A stretch of DNA of 34,040 nucleotides from positions 1-34,040 of the forward strand of contig NW_021832052.1 in the NCBI RefSeq assembly GCF_006345805.1, given 5' to 3'. The position numbers and the translations under genes were made by a program. This stretch comes from Octopus sinensis. Its lineage: Eukaryota. The stretch's first letter is position 1. Each line of letters begins with the position of its first letter. Positions 1 to 11,853 of the stretch are shown here, piece after piece. The notes below the pieces were generated by a model, which saw nothing but the letters and a program-made list of their open reading frames with translations, had not been told where the DNA came from and made no database searches.

Positions 1-300
1 GTCTGCATTTATGTGGTGTATATATATGACATACGTATAAACACACACGCACATATACATATAAGTATATATATGTCCATACATAGACATGTATTTTAGA
101 TGTATATATAATGTAAATTATATATGTGTGTGGATATGTATATATATATATACTATATATTATATATATATATATAATATTATATATATATATATATAAG
201 TATATATACATACATAGACATATATTTTAGCGTATATAAATGTCTATGTATATGTGTATGTATGTGTGTGTGTAATATATTATATATATATATATATATT
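1..300. repeat. (TA)n/(TG)n microsatellite tract
   Basis: Directly visible dinucleotide runs. Confidence 0.95.
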
Positions 301-870
301 ATTATGGCTGCCCCTCGTTATCGAGTATGGCCATTGCACGAAGCTTAACTGTTCTGGTGCTGTGTGATCGAATGTGACTTTTTAGCCCAGCTAAAGATCT
401 ACAATGTCTTGTACAGAATGGCAACTAAAACCTTTACTGGTAATAGCCGGCTTTAGTTGTAACTGGGCTTCATCTACTTTGCATGTCGTTTAAGTCCTCC
501 TGCCGAATTACACTCTCTTCCAAATGCCCGACAGATATGATTGTATGTGTGTTACACCACTACCAGTGGCCAGGTTGTCACTCATCTGTCTCGTTTTATG
601 ACTACGAAGATGACTCATGAGTCCAGCTTACTGAGGCAGGGTCTTGCACAGACATTGCATGTCAGAGTCAAAGAAGACCCTTCCCTTCTGGAAGTGTACA
701 GCGATGCCCTTCCTGACATCCCTCCTCTACTTTCTCATGTGCAACTCGAGATTTCTCACATGTGGCTGTCCCCTCGTGCACAATCCTTCTCCACCTGCTA
801 CGATCAATCAATAGCTATGCGTTCCATGTGTCAGGAGAGATGCCTACATATATTACCTCCTATTATTATA
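298..870 (-). mobile_element. RTE-clade LINE, degenerate 3' fragment
   Basis: Minus-strand translation gives DRSRWRRIVHEGTATCEKSRVAH (around 750-806) and two C2H2-like motifs (HICRAFGRECNSAGGLKRH; CTRHCRSLAGLKSHIRSH), typical of RTE ORF C-termini. Ends ...GAGGGGCAGCC followed by a (TAA)n tail at about 298-305. Confidence 0.8.
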
Positions 871-872
871 TA

Positions 873-912
<40 letters not shown>

Positions 913-987
913 TATATTACTATATATATATTATATATATATATATATATATATGTAATATATATATATATATATTATATATATATA

Positions 988-1062
<75 letters not shown>
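871..1062. repeat. (TA)n microsatellite
   Basis: Visible run separating the RTE and CR1-like fragments. Confidence 0.95.
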
Positions 1063-1064
<2 letters not shown>

Positions 1065-1066
1065 AT

Positions 1067-1990
1067 CTATAGATCTCTATTGCAAGCAGACCTGGACACA
1101 ATGCAGCAGTGGATCATGGACTGGCAACTCAAGCTGGCTGTGGACAAATGTACCACCATGCATTTTGGGAGGAGAAAACCAGCGTCCACCTACTCCCTCC
1201 ACAACACTAGTCTCAAAAAGTCTTCATGTGAACGTGACCTGGGTGTTATTGTCGAACAGTGATTTGCGTTGGACAAAACAACATGCTAAAATTGTCAAGA
1301 AGGCTGAGGGTGTCTTGGCATCACTCACCAAATCCTTTGTGAGCTGCTCTCCGGCTATCTATCTGCGGCTTTATATAGCTATGGTAAGACCTCACCTGGA
1401 ATTTGCATCACCGGCTGGAACCCCTATCTTGCCCAGGATATCAATCGTCTGGAAGCTGTTCAGCGATGTGCAACCAAAAGAATACCCTCCATCAGGCATT
1501 TGCCATATCCTAACGCCTTACTTCCCTGGGCATGGACACATTGAAACTCCGACGTCTGGCAGCTGACTTGGCAGACACCCATAAATTATCAACCATCGTA
1601 CAAACAATAACTCTGAGCACCTTTTTCAAACTCCACCCGTCTAACACCCGTGGACATGTTTACAAAGTAAGAAAACAGCACAGCTCCCATGACTTCAGGA
1701 AACATTTTTTCACGCTGAGAGTTGCTGAAGCATGGAATAAACTGCCGGCATCAGTTGTTAGTTGTCGGAACACTGCATCCTTCAAAACTTCCATGCTTCC
1801 TGAGATTCGCCAACACTACACTTGATTTTCTCCCCTCCATACACACACAAGCATGTCTCTGACTCATACACTGTTCGCTTCCCAGACATTTCTACATTAC
1901 TGCATGTACTTTATATGCACTTTCTGACAAGTGTGGTGCACCTGAGCACTGTATACAATGATTTCATATTATTATTATTATTATTATTAT
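1067..1990 (+). mobile_element. CR1/L2-group LINE, 5'-truncated copy 1 (RT thumb region, 3'UTR, (ATT)n tail)
   Basis: Near-identical to 32644-33570. Motifs [40 protein letters not shown], split by small indels. Confidence 0.95.
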
Positions 1991-2293
1991 AATATTATCG
2001 GATAGATAATATATATATATATATATTATATATATATATTATATATATATATAGTATATACATATATATATATATATTATATATATACATACATAATTAT
2101 TATATATATATAATATATATATATACTATATATATAGTATATATATATATATTATATATATGAAATACATATATATATATATATATATATATACATACAT
2201 ATATTATTATATATATATATATTAGATATATAATATATGTATATACATATAGTATATATATATATAACATACATATATTATTTATATATTATA

Positions 2294-2331
<38 letters not shown>

Positions 2332-2361
2332 CATATATATATATATATATATCCATACATA

Positions 2362-2439
<78 letters not shown>

Positions 2440-2494
2440 CCTACATATATATATATATATATATATATATAGATATCTATGTATGTATGTATGA
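1991..2494. repeat. (TA)n microsatellite
   Basis: Visible run. Confidence 0.95.
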
Positions 2495-2665
2495 ACCAAT
2501 TAACCTGCCTCTCTACCTAAACAGCCATTGATGTAAATCTATTATTGGCATGTATATATATGTATATGCATGTGTGTGTGATTCTATCGTGTATAATGAG
2601 ATATACATATCCAGCTCATTATTTCTCCATGTCTGTACCTGAGAGCGTCAACCCTAACCACTCAC

Positions 2666-2778
2666 CTGGAACCGGCGACAAAGAAAGTAGAAAAGACAGA
2701 AAGAAAGAAGCACTGTGCCTCCTCAGACGTCAGCCTAGACGTCTGGACGGCTGGACGCAGCCTCCAATCTGCTTTCAT
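2666..2778 (-). CDS. Candidate first coding exon of an unknown host gene (MKADWRLRPAVQTSRLTSEEAQCFFLSVFSTFFVAGS, phase 2)
   Basis: Open frame from ATG at 2778 to a consensus donor CCAG|GTGAGT at 2666/2665, in a locally GC/CpG-richer island with no repeat I recognise. No homology recognised. Confidence 0.3.
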
Positions 2779-2871
2779 TACAGAAAATGCCTGTTTTTGC
2801 CATCATTATTGTTGTTGTTGCAATTGCTATGTTTTTGACTCTACTCATCCAATTTCAAGGCCAATTACAGC

Positions 2872-2982
2872 TTATAATTTATTATTATCATTATTATTAT
2901 TATTATTATTATCATTATTATTATTATTATCATTATTATTATTATTATTATTATCATTATTATTATTATTATCATTATTATT

Positions 2983-3014
<32 letters not shown>

Positions 3015-3156
3015 CATTATTATTATTATTATCATTATTATTATTATCATTATCATTATTATTATTATTATCATTATTATATTATCATTATATTATTATT
3101 ATTATCATTATTATTATTATCATTATTATTATTATCATTATTATATTATTATTATA

Positions 3157-3190
<34 letters not shown>

Positions 3191-3308
3191 CATTATTATT
3201 ATTATCATTATTATAGTATTATTATTATTATTATTATCATTATTATTATTATCATTATATTATTTATTTATTATTATTATATATTATTATATTATTATTA
3301 TTATTATT
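2872..3308. repeat. (ATT/ATC)n trinucleotide microsatellite
   Basis: Visible run. Confidence 0.95.
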
Positions 3309-5238
3309 CAGTAGTTTTATTTTTATAGCGTGCTTTCACTTCACTACCGAGCGCAGCTCTGTGTGCCTTGGGTATGTGCTGTGCTGTGTTTTGTTGTGAT
3401 GCTCTGATGGTTATTGTATGGAAGTGTTCTGCGTAGGATGTGTGCAGTGCCTAGTAGTGCAATTTTCTGTATGTTGTATGTGTTTGTGAGTCCTGGGTTT
3501 TTGTTATGTATTTGTCTGAATATTTTTTTATCATGCCTAATGCACCTACTATGATAGGAATTGTTTCTGTTTTCAGGTTTCACATTCTAGTTATTTCTAT
3601 TTCCAGGTCTTTGTATTTTAAGAGTTTCTCCATTTCTTTTAGAGACACGTTGTCATCTGCCGGTATTGATACATCAATTAGAAAGCATTTTTTTTCTTCA
3701 TGATCTCTGACGACTATATCTGGTCTGTTGGCCTTAATTTCTCTATCTGTGTGTATCGGCATATCCCAGAGTATGGTTGCTTTCTCGTTTTCTGTGACCT
3801 TTTCTGGTGTGTGCCTATACCATCTTTTTTCTGTTGTTATTCCATAATGTTGGCATAGCTTCCAATGTATGTAGGTTCCAACTCTGTCATGTCTGTGAAT
3901 ATATTCCTTCTTAGCCAGGACTGGGCAGCTAGAGATAATATGATTTATTGTTTCTTGTCCATCTCCACATATTCTGCAGTTACTTATAATATTTCTTTTC
4001 ATTACATGTTTTTGGTATTTCTGGTGGGGAGGCTTTGGTCTTGTGCTGCAATTAAAAATCCCTCTGTTTCTGCTTTGAGTCCTGAGCTTCTCAACCATTG
4101 CTGGGATTTTTCTTTGTCTATTTCTTTTGCGTTTAGTTTAATGCAGTATTTACCATGAAGGGGCTTTTCTTGCCATCGTTTTATCATGGCTCGTTGCTGT
4201 TCTATTTTTAGTTTGGATTTCATTTGTTTTTATAGCTTTTGTTGTTTCTTCATCACATCTCTTCTTCTTCTTTGTGTTTATTAGGCGGTATGATTTCTTG
4301 TTTGTATTGTCAGCTTCCTTAAATACTGAGAACAGTTTTTTTGTTTTGCTCGTGTTTTGCTGCTATCTGGATCAGTTTTCCTTCCTTCTGAAGTAGGTAT
4401 TTTTGCAGTCCTATGGTGGTTATTTTATAGTAGTTTTTCCAGCTGTATAAGGCCTCTACCACCTTCTATTACGTTGTATATATCGTCTTTCTATGTCAAT
4501 TTTGGGTGATGCATCCTAGATCCTGTCAGTATTTTTCTTGTTTTCCTATCTATTTTGGACAGTTCATTTCGTGTCCAGTTAAGGATATTGTAGCTGTAAC
4601 TTATAACTGGGACAGCTAAAGTGTTGATACCTATTATCTTGTTTTTAGCATTGAGCTCTGTTTTTAGTATTGATCTAACTCGCTTAAATATTCTTTTTTT
4701 ATTTTCTCTTTCATTTGTGTGTGTTGTGTCTTACTCGTTCATGGATTCCTAAGTTTTGTAAGTTTGGTTTTGGTCTAATTCTTTTATTTCATTGGTTTTA
4801 TCTATGTGATGTTTTACTCTTAACTAGTTTTCTCTTTTAAAGGTTACTTTGGCAGTTTCTAATTAATTCGCAATGTTTCATATCTATTTCTTGGTTGGTA
4901 AATCCATGAACTGTCTTTAATAGTGTTTCCAGCTGTTTGTCATTTGCATTTGCATAGTATAGTTCCATCCATATATAAAAGGTGGCTGATCGGTTTTGCC
5001 GTAACATTTATATCCCGCATCCAGTTCTTTTAGCATATCAGATAGATATATAGCATAGAGGACAGTGCCAAGCAGAAAAGGAGTGAGAGAGCGTGTCTCC
5101 TGGAATATCCTACTTTTAATGGGGATCTTTGGTTTTCATGAGTCCCTTTTGTTTGGAGGTGTAGGACTGTTGGCCATTTATTCATAGAGTGCTCTATGAA
5201 TTTTATGATTGTTGGTGCTACTTTGGTAATGGCTAGTG
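3309..5238 (-). mobile_element. R4/Dong-clade non-LTR retrotransposon (RLE type), 5'-truncated and frameshifted
   Basis: Degenerate RT (ISHLLYMD at about 4967-4991), WQEKPLHGKY, LKAETEGFLIAAQDQSL, CCHC knuckle CRICGDGQETINHIISSC (3925-3978), RLE core RPDIVV..LIDVSIP..KEMEK..KY, C-terminal IQKIALLGTAHILRRTL. Flanked by (ATT)n on both sides. Confidence 0.9.
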
Positions 5239-5676
5239 TTATTATTATTATTATATTATCATTATTATTATTATCATTATATTATTATTATTATTATTAT
5301 CATTATTATTATTATCATTATTGATTATTATTATTATCATTATTATTATTATATATCATTATTATTATTATCATTATATTATTATTATTATTATTATTAT
5401 ATTATTATTATTATTATATTACAAGTATTATTATTATTATTATTATATTATTATTATCATTATCATTACCATTATTATTATTATTATCATCATTATTATT
5501 ATTATTATTATTATATTATTATTATTATATTATTATTATTATTATGATTATTATTATGATTATTATTATGATTATCATTATTATTATTATTATTATCATT
5601 ATCATATTATTATTATTACTATTATTATTATTATTATCATTATTATTATTATTATTATTATCATTAGATTATTATT

Positions 5677-5709
<33 letters not shown>

Positions 5710-5750
5710 TTATATTATTATATTATCATTATTATTATATTATTATTATA

Positions 5751-5782
<32 letters not shown>

Positions 5783-5907
5783 CATTATTATTATCATTAT
5801 TATTATTATTATTATTATCATTATTATCATTATCATTATCATTAATATTATTATTATCATTATTATTATTTTTATATCATTATCATTATTATTATCATTA
5901 TGATTAT

Positions 5908-5948
<41 letters not shown>

Positions 5949-6149
5949 TATCAATTATTATTATATATCATTATTATTATTATTATTATTATCATATCAT
6001 TATTATTATTATTATATTATTATCATTATTATTATTATTATCATTATTATTATTATCATTATCATTATCATATCATTATCATTATTATTATTATTATCAT
6101 TATTATTATATTATATCATTATCATTATTATTATTATATCATTATCATT

Positions 6150-6184
<35 letters not shown>

Positions 6185-6188
6185 CATT

Positions 6189-6222
<34 letters not shown>

Positions 6223-6231
6223 CATTATTTT

Positions 6232-6266
<35 letters not shown>

Positions 6267-6338
6267 CATTATTATCTTATTATTATCCATTATCAATTAT
6301 TATTAATTATTATTATTAATTATCATTATTATATTATT
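5239..6338. repeat. ~1.1 kb (ATT/ATC)n microsatellite
   Basis: Visible run. Confidence 0.95.
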
Positions 6339-6874
6339 GAGTGAGAGAGCATGCATGCCATCAAAGTGACACTGGGGTAAAATATACGAAGCCCAATATA
6401 CCCATCATGACTACCCGTCTGATAAGGGTACACCAGGCACATGCATCACAACCATATGTGCGCGACATGGTGATCTCATATCAAGATAAACAGCGTATGA
6501 CCTTGCAGGTGGGGCCCATTAGAATTTTCTTCAGTTGAGTAGCCCATCCCACTCAAACGGTTCCTGAATAAGGGTTGTTTAAGGATGTGAACGAAATACC
6601 CATGTTTCCAGAGGTGAATTATTCAAACCCCAAAGGATCCCTCTCAACACATGGCTATGATGCTCCCCCACTACTTCTGCTTGTGATCAGAGATGCACAT
6701 ATCGTCAGCCACTAAGGGACATGCTCAACTGGTTATGGTCAAACAACTGACAAGCAAATCTGTGGTATTGAGCAGAATATTTGCTGTAGCCCATCTTTTA
6801 TACCAAGACAAAACAATGTACATGATAACAATTGCAACCAGTTAAGATCAGGAGCCATAACAGCCACTGCCTGG

Positions 6875-6875
<1 letters not shown>
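6339..6875. mobile_element. Unclassified non-coding ~540 bp interspersed repeat embedded in (ATT)n
   Basis: Sharp complex-sequence block between (ATT)n tracts, with no meaningful ORF or TIR. Recognised from memory as an abundant octopus repeat (inference). Confidence 0.55.
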
Positions 6876-6924
<49 letters not shown>

Positions 6925-6937
6925 TATTATTATTATT
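6876..6937. repeat. (ATT)n microsatellite
   Basis: Visible run. Confidence 0.95.
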
Positions 6938-7146
6938 GAGACAGTAAGCTGGTGGAGTCATTAGCACACTGGGCTAAAGGCCTAACAGTATTTCACCTGT
7001 CTGTATGTTCTGTGTTCAAATTCCGCCGAGGTCAACTTTACCTTTTGGGGTCGATAAAATAAGTATCGGTTGAGCACCGGGGTTGATATAATTGACTCAT
7101 CCCCTCACCCAAAATCACTGCCCCTGCAGCAAAATTTAAAACAATT
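6938..7146 (+). mobile_element. tRNA-derived SINE, family A
   Basis: B-box GTTCAAATTCC at 7014-7024, followed by GCCGAGGTCAACTT..GGGGTCGATAAAATAAGTA shared with 7165-7300, 14967-15185 and 15475-15600. (ATT)n tail. Confidence 0.8.
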
Positions 7147-7164
7147 ATCATTATTATTATTATT

Positions 7165-7300
7165 GAATTCCACCGAGGTTGACTTTGATTTTCATCTTTC
7201 TGGGGTTGATAAATCAAGTACCAGTTGAGTACTGGGGTTGATGTGATCGACTGGCCCCATCCCCACAAAATGCAGGCCTTGTGCCCATAGTAGAAAGGAT
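7165..7300 (+). mobile_element. SINE family A, 5'-truncated copy
   Basis: Aligns by eye to 7020-7146. Confidence 0.75.
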
Positions 7301-7354
7301 TATCATTATTATTTTGGCTTGACTCAGGTTCGATCTTATTCCTGGTAGCAATAA

Positions 7355-8454
7355 CCGTAAAAAACCCATGTAATTTGCGCACCTGTGTAATTTGCGCACC
7401 TGTGTAATTTACGCAGGTGATTTACAGGATTAGATTTGTTAGAGAAAGCTTCTACTCAAGTAAACTTCACACCCAAAAGTTTTCAGAATTACCAATATGG
7501 CCAAGGGGAAAAGGTTTTCAATTTAGTTGTATTTAGCATAATTTCACTTATGATTAGATTTTCTTAAATTTTCTTTAAATAAAAATAATTTCTAATTAAC
7601 AGGTATCACATTGAAATCTGTTAAATTACAAAGTATTTGTGTTGTTTATAATAAACTTTATTTTACATTTCTTGGCCACGAGAGATTATGTCCGATCTTT
7701 AGCATACTTTTGTATGTCTTCTCAAATCAGGATCACAGGAAAAGTTTTTGATAAGAATTATCAACAAAAACAAAGCGGATAAAGTGTTGCAAATTAAGTT
7801 TAATTAAGTTTAATTAGCAATAAACATCAGCTTGGATGACACTTTACTCAACCGACAAAGGAAGGTGACCAATCAAACTGATGATGGAAACAGAATTCTT
7901 TTCTGCAGAGTCTAGTCAGAACCTTTGATATGGAGGATCGAAATTTTAATCCCTTTCACACTTATAAAATGTCAAGCAAACTTAAACATTTGTCATTACT
8001 TTTATTGTCAGTATGGGCAGAACTTATGAATCGTTTGCTGTGAAGGAGAAATTAAATATGTGCTCCATTGCGATAGATAGAAGCTCCAAGCAATGTAAAA
8101 TATGCCGAATAACCGTGTTTACCAGCATGAACGTCAGACTTCAAAAACTAGTTAACCATTTAATGGTTTTAGTAAATTTATACAGAAAAAGTAAGCATTA
8201 TACCGTCCAGCATAAACAGAAGTCAACTTCATTATGCGTATTTAAGCCATTATTTTCTCTGTAAAAAACTATTCTGACATTAAATGAGTCAACTTCCGGA
8301 ACAAATGTTTACGTTTCGTACATCTTTTTCCAATAAAAGAAATTTCAAAATAAATCCTGGAAACAATCTACTCATGTAATTCATGCAGCCCCTAAAATTT
8401 ATTTTCATTTTTCCGAAAAAAAAAAAATTGCATAAATTACATGGGTTTTTATGA
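7355..8454. mobile_element. Tigger/pogo-type non-autonomous DNA transposon (MITE B)
   Basis: TIRs CCGTAAAAAACCCATGTAATTTGCGC (7355) and reverse complement TCATAAAAACCCATGTAATTTATGC (ending 8454), TA at 8455-8456. Three tandem 17-bp subterminal units. Same end seen again at 28768-28885. MGRTYESFAVKEKL (8013) weakly resembles a pogo HTH start. Confidence 0.8.
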
Positions 8455-8461
8455 TATGCTA

Positions 8462-8600
8462 TGGTTACTATGGTTACTACCTGTGACCTTAGGTATCCTC
8501 AAGTTTTCAGCAGTCTTTCAAGAGTTTAGGACCCTCCTGATAATCCTTGCTCTCCCTAAGAGACAAATTTTCTGTAGGAGCTCTATCGGGCATTGTAAAT
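8462..8600 (-). mobile_element. 3' tip of a second R4/Dong-type LINE
   Basis: LQKICLLGRARIIRRVLNS* parallels IQKIALLGTAHILRRTL of the 3309 element, followed by a short 3'UTR and a (TAGTAACCA)2 tail. Confidence 0.6.
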
Positions 8601-8602
8601 AA

Positions 8603-8645
<43 letters not shown>

Positions 8646-8719
8646 CTTTAGTTATGGTATATTCTGTTAGGGACGTAGTAGAGAACAGTATGAAGCTCAT
8701 CCACTTTCAGATTTTACCC

Positions 8720-10262
8720 AGTGCCACCCAGCAGTAGTATTATACATACTGCCAGATTTCATAGTGCTAGCTACCCACTTTCACCCAGATCTTGTCGTAA
8801 TATTTGCATGTCTGACAAGCTCATTCTTCAACTCCCTGAACATCATTACAACATGACATTTTACTACTTTGAATTCCTCCACAACAGATGACAGGGGAAG
8901 TTGTGATTGTTCAGATCTTATGTACAGACCTATTGAAGTGAAGCTTGAGGGAACATCTTGCCATCTTTGGAGGTATTTATTTACCTTCCTTTCCACCCTA
9001 GTCCATGTCGGTAGAGCCATGCCCTGTATTTTTCTGGAAACCCTGATCTTTCAGTCCTCCTCAGCCACTCTTCTGCTTGCTTCACAGAATTGGTGACATT
9101 GCTTCTGACAGAGCGACTTCTCAACATCTTTCCAAGACATTTAATCAGATTTTCCTCTGTTGATGGTATGGGTTCTCCTTGCACTTGTAGCTTAATTTTG
9201 TTTGTTACTTTACCTCCTCTGGTTACCATACCCCTATATTTGGGAGGCTTAAACTTCTTTCTAACGAATATTACCATGTGTTCAAATGAGGTCAGCACCA
9301 TTTCTGCCTCCACATGGGTTGTAGTTGTTACCGGTGATATCATCCATGAAACCCCTTATTGGCTGCTGACAGCTGCCTGATTCCATTGTTGGTCCTTGGC
9401 CTTCATTTTCAACAGCTGACACGAGGAGATTCATAGCCATGATGAAAAGAATGAGGGAGATTGTGCAACCAGTTATGATTCCTTTCTCAAGGTCTTGCCA
9501 CTGACTTGTGAAGTGGGCTGTTCTGAAACATAACTCGATGCCTCCAAAGTGATTGCTGATTATTCCCTCTCAACAGGTGAGGAATATGGTAACAGTCAAG
9601 GGCTGCATATATGAGGCTGTGAGGAATTGATCCACATGCATTTTCCAGATCCAGCCAAACCACTGTCATGTCACCTTTACTTCTTTTGCCTCCCGAATCA
9701 GCTGGTTGTGTTCCAGACAGCCCGAGAAACCTGAGACCCCTACCTTTCTGGATAGAGGTGTTTATATACTCATTGTATGAGGTCACCCTTTTTTGGTCAG
9801 TACAGAAGGTTTTTCCCTCAACACTCAGGAAGGAGAATGGTCCTGAATTTGTTAATGGCTGATGAGTTTTCTTCCTTTGGCAGCACAAAACTTCCTTTCG
9901 GTGGAATGATACCATTTGTCCAGATCTTTCAGAATAGTGTCCACAGCCTCTGAAGGAGCCATGGGCATTTCTTGTATACTTTATAAGGTACACCACTTGG
10001 ACAGGAGCTGATCCTGATCTGGCCCCTTTCACAACCACTCGTCCCACTTCTTTCCAGAATAGACAACTGACATTGAACTCATTTCCTGGTATTTCAGCCC
10101 AAAAGACTTTTGGGTTAACATTAGGAGCTTGATTTCTGAGGTTATGGTTGTAGATCTCTCCCCCTCCACCCAGAAAAGCTTCTGCCTCTTCTCTGGAGCT
10201 GGTCCATTTCCCTGATTTGGTCCTCCCATGTCCCAACACTGTTCGGGTCAGCCTGAAAGGGT
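8720..10262 (-). mobile_element. Hero-like (R2-group) non-LTR retrotransposon RT remnant, heavily frameshifted
   Basis: ARSGSAP, LSVEGK, YINTSIQKG, KGDMTVVWLDLENACGSIPHSL, FKPPKYRGMV..GKVT, RSGFPEKYRAWLYRHGL, QLPLSSVVEEFKV: the order and motifs of Hero-clade RT/thumb regions. Confidence 0.8.
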
Positions 10263-10338
10263 CCACCTGTCATGTGCGTGTATATGTATGCGTTTGTGTA
10301 TGTGTGCATGCGTGTGTGTGTGTATGTGTGTCTACAGA

Positions 10339-10530
10339 CGAGGGAGTATTGAAATGTTTCTGGCTTCAGGTAAAACAAAATAGAGACGAATCACTTCATT
10401 AGCATTCTATTCACATATTCTCCCCTCTCACATTCACACACTTGTTGCAGTGGCCCTTCAGTTTTTCTAAGCCCTGGGAAAAGAACACAGCTGGTTCGGT
10501 CTTCAGCCAGTCCTCCGCAGCAGTGGTCAT
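10339..10530 (-). mobile_element. mariner element 3' end (transposase C-terminus and TIR)
   Basis: AEDWLKTEPAVFFSQGLEKLKGHCNKCVNVRG matches the mariner C-terminal pattern; CGAGGGAGTATTGAAATGTTTCTGGCT at 10339 is a mariner-type TIR. Confidence 0.7.
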
Positions 10531-10789
10531 GCCGGGTACTTTTCATCAACCCCTGTATACACATACCTACCCCCTAACTACACCACCGATGGATTAACGC
10601 AGAGACTAAAGGGAGATAACCATTCATATACCATTAACAGAAAATTAGCTCGGTTAAGACAGCATACACACACACACACACACAGATAGACAGATAGGTG
10701 GATAGAGAGAGAGAGACAGATAGACAGATAGATGGATAGAGAGAGAGACAGACAGATAGATATGTCAATAGAGAAATAGATAGACTGTT

Positions 10790-11853
10790 TGTAGTGATGT
10801 GCAGATTTTATGCTTTTGTAGCAATATCGCTTCTCCATTGCTATCTTCACTGTTGGGGGAAAGCAAAAAGAATGATCTCGTTTGAGATAACAAACATCTT
10901 TGGCTGGTTTAACGCTGTTGTAAACACTAAGCTGATTGGTTGGCAGTTGACACGTGGTCTCTACATAGTCCGCGCCACGTGACACGGATTGTCTCAACTT
11001 ATTTTCGCGCCACTGTCTCTAAACAGCCAATCACAGCCTTGGATTAAGATCCCCTTTCTGAGGTTCGTTTGAGCCACCCAAACAATATATAAAGGAGAGT
11101 TTTCAGGCACTTTTGGTCTGTCGGCTTAAGACCTTGTAAGGTCTTGGTTAGAGACCATATAACCAGACATAACGGCATCACCAACTCCGTCGCTACCTAC
11201 GAAGATTTAGCTCGTACATAAGATGGCTACAAAACCAACTCATACTGTTTGTGTGAAAACCACACCACGGAAAAACAGTTGCAGGAATCTATATCAAGAG
11301 GAACAGAAACCAAGCAAACATCGTCCCTAGCTACGAAGTTTTAAATAGTACACAAGACTATCACAGATCCAACTATAGCGGTTAGGTGAAATCTCACCAC
11401 GGAAAAAACGGCTGCAGTTAACATATCTGGAGTATATTCATATCAAGAGAAAGATAAACGCAACAAGCGATTCAACTAATCTCAGCTCCGAGACACAACA
11501 TCTTGATATTGAACTCTTACACCTCGTGTACCTCATAAACAGTAAATCAATTACCTGTCTTTAGTTCTTGTAAGAACTAGCTTCAGAGACAGCGCTAAAC
11601 AACAAAATGATACAAGGGTTCCTTAACCACTATGCCAATGTACGCTCAACAACCAAAGACTGTGCTATCTTCCACCATCAGGTACTTTTCTATGCCAACC
11701 ACATTCATTATTCTGTCACACACTAACACACAGACACAAACAAGTGTTGCATGCTCCCATACACTTCCAACCTTAACTTCATTCTAAATAAAATCTTATC
11801 TTGCCTCTCAAACAGTGACTTGTTGTCAATCCCTTATGTTCTATTGTGCTGCA
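10790..11853 (+). mobile_element. Possible solo LTR
   Basis: TGTAG...CTGCA ends, internal promoter, AATAAA near 11786, internal ~135-bp imperfect repeat. TSD only 3/4 (TGTT/TGTA), so boundaries are uncertain. Confidence 0.35.
10931..11100 (+). promoter_or_regulatory. Compact Pol II promoter-like cluster
   Basis: Reverse CCAAT (CTGATTGGTT, ATTGG 10935-10939), E-boxes CACGTG 10951-10956 and CACGTGAC 10976-10983, AGCCAATCAC (CCAAT 11027-11031), TATATAAAG 11086-11094; locally CpG-rich. Confidence 0.6.

Noticed and set aside
11115-11156. Resemblance of GGTCT..GGTTAGAGACC to the HIV TAR start
   Set aside because: Only a few bases match; treated as coincidence, and only the hairpin itself is reported.
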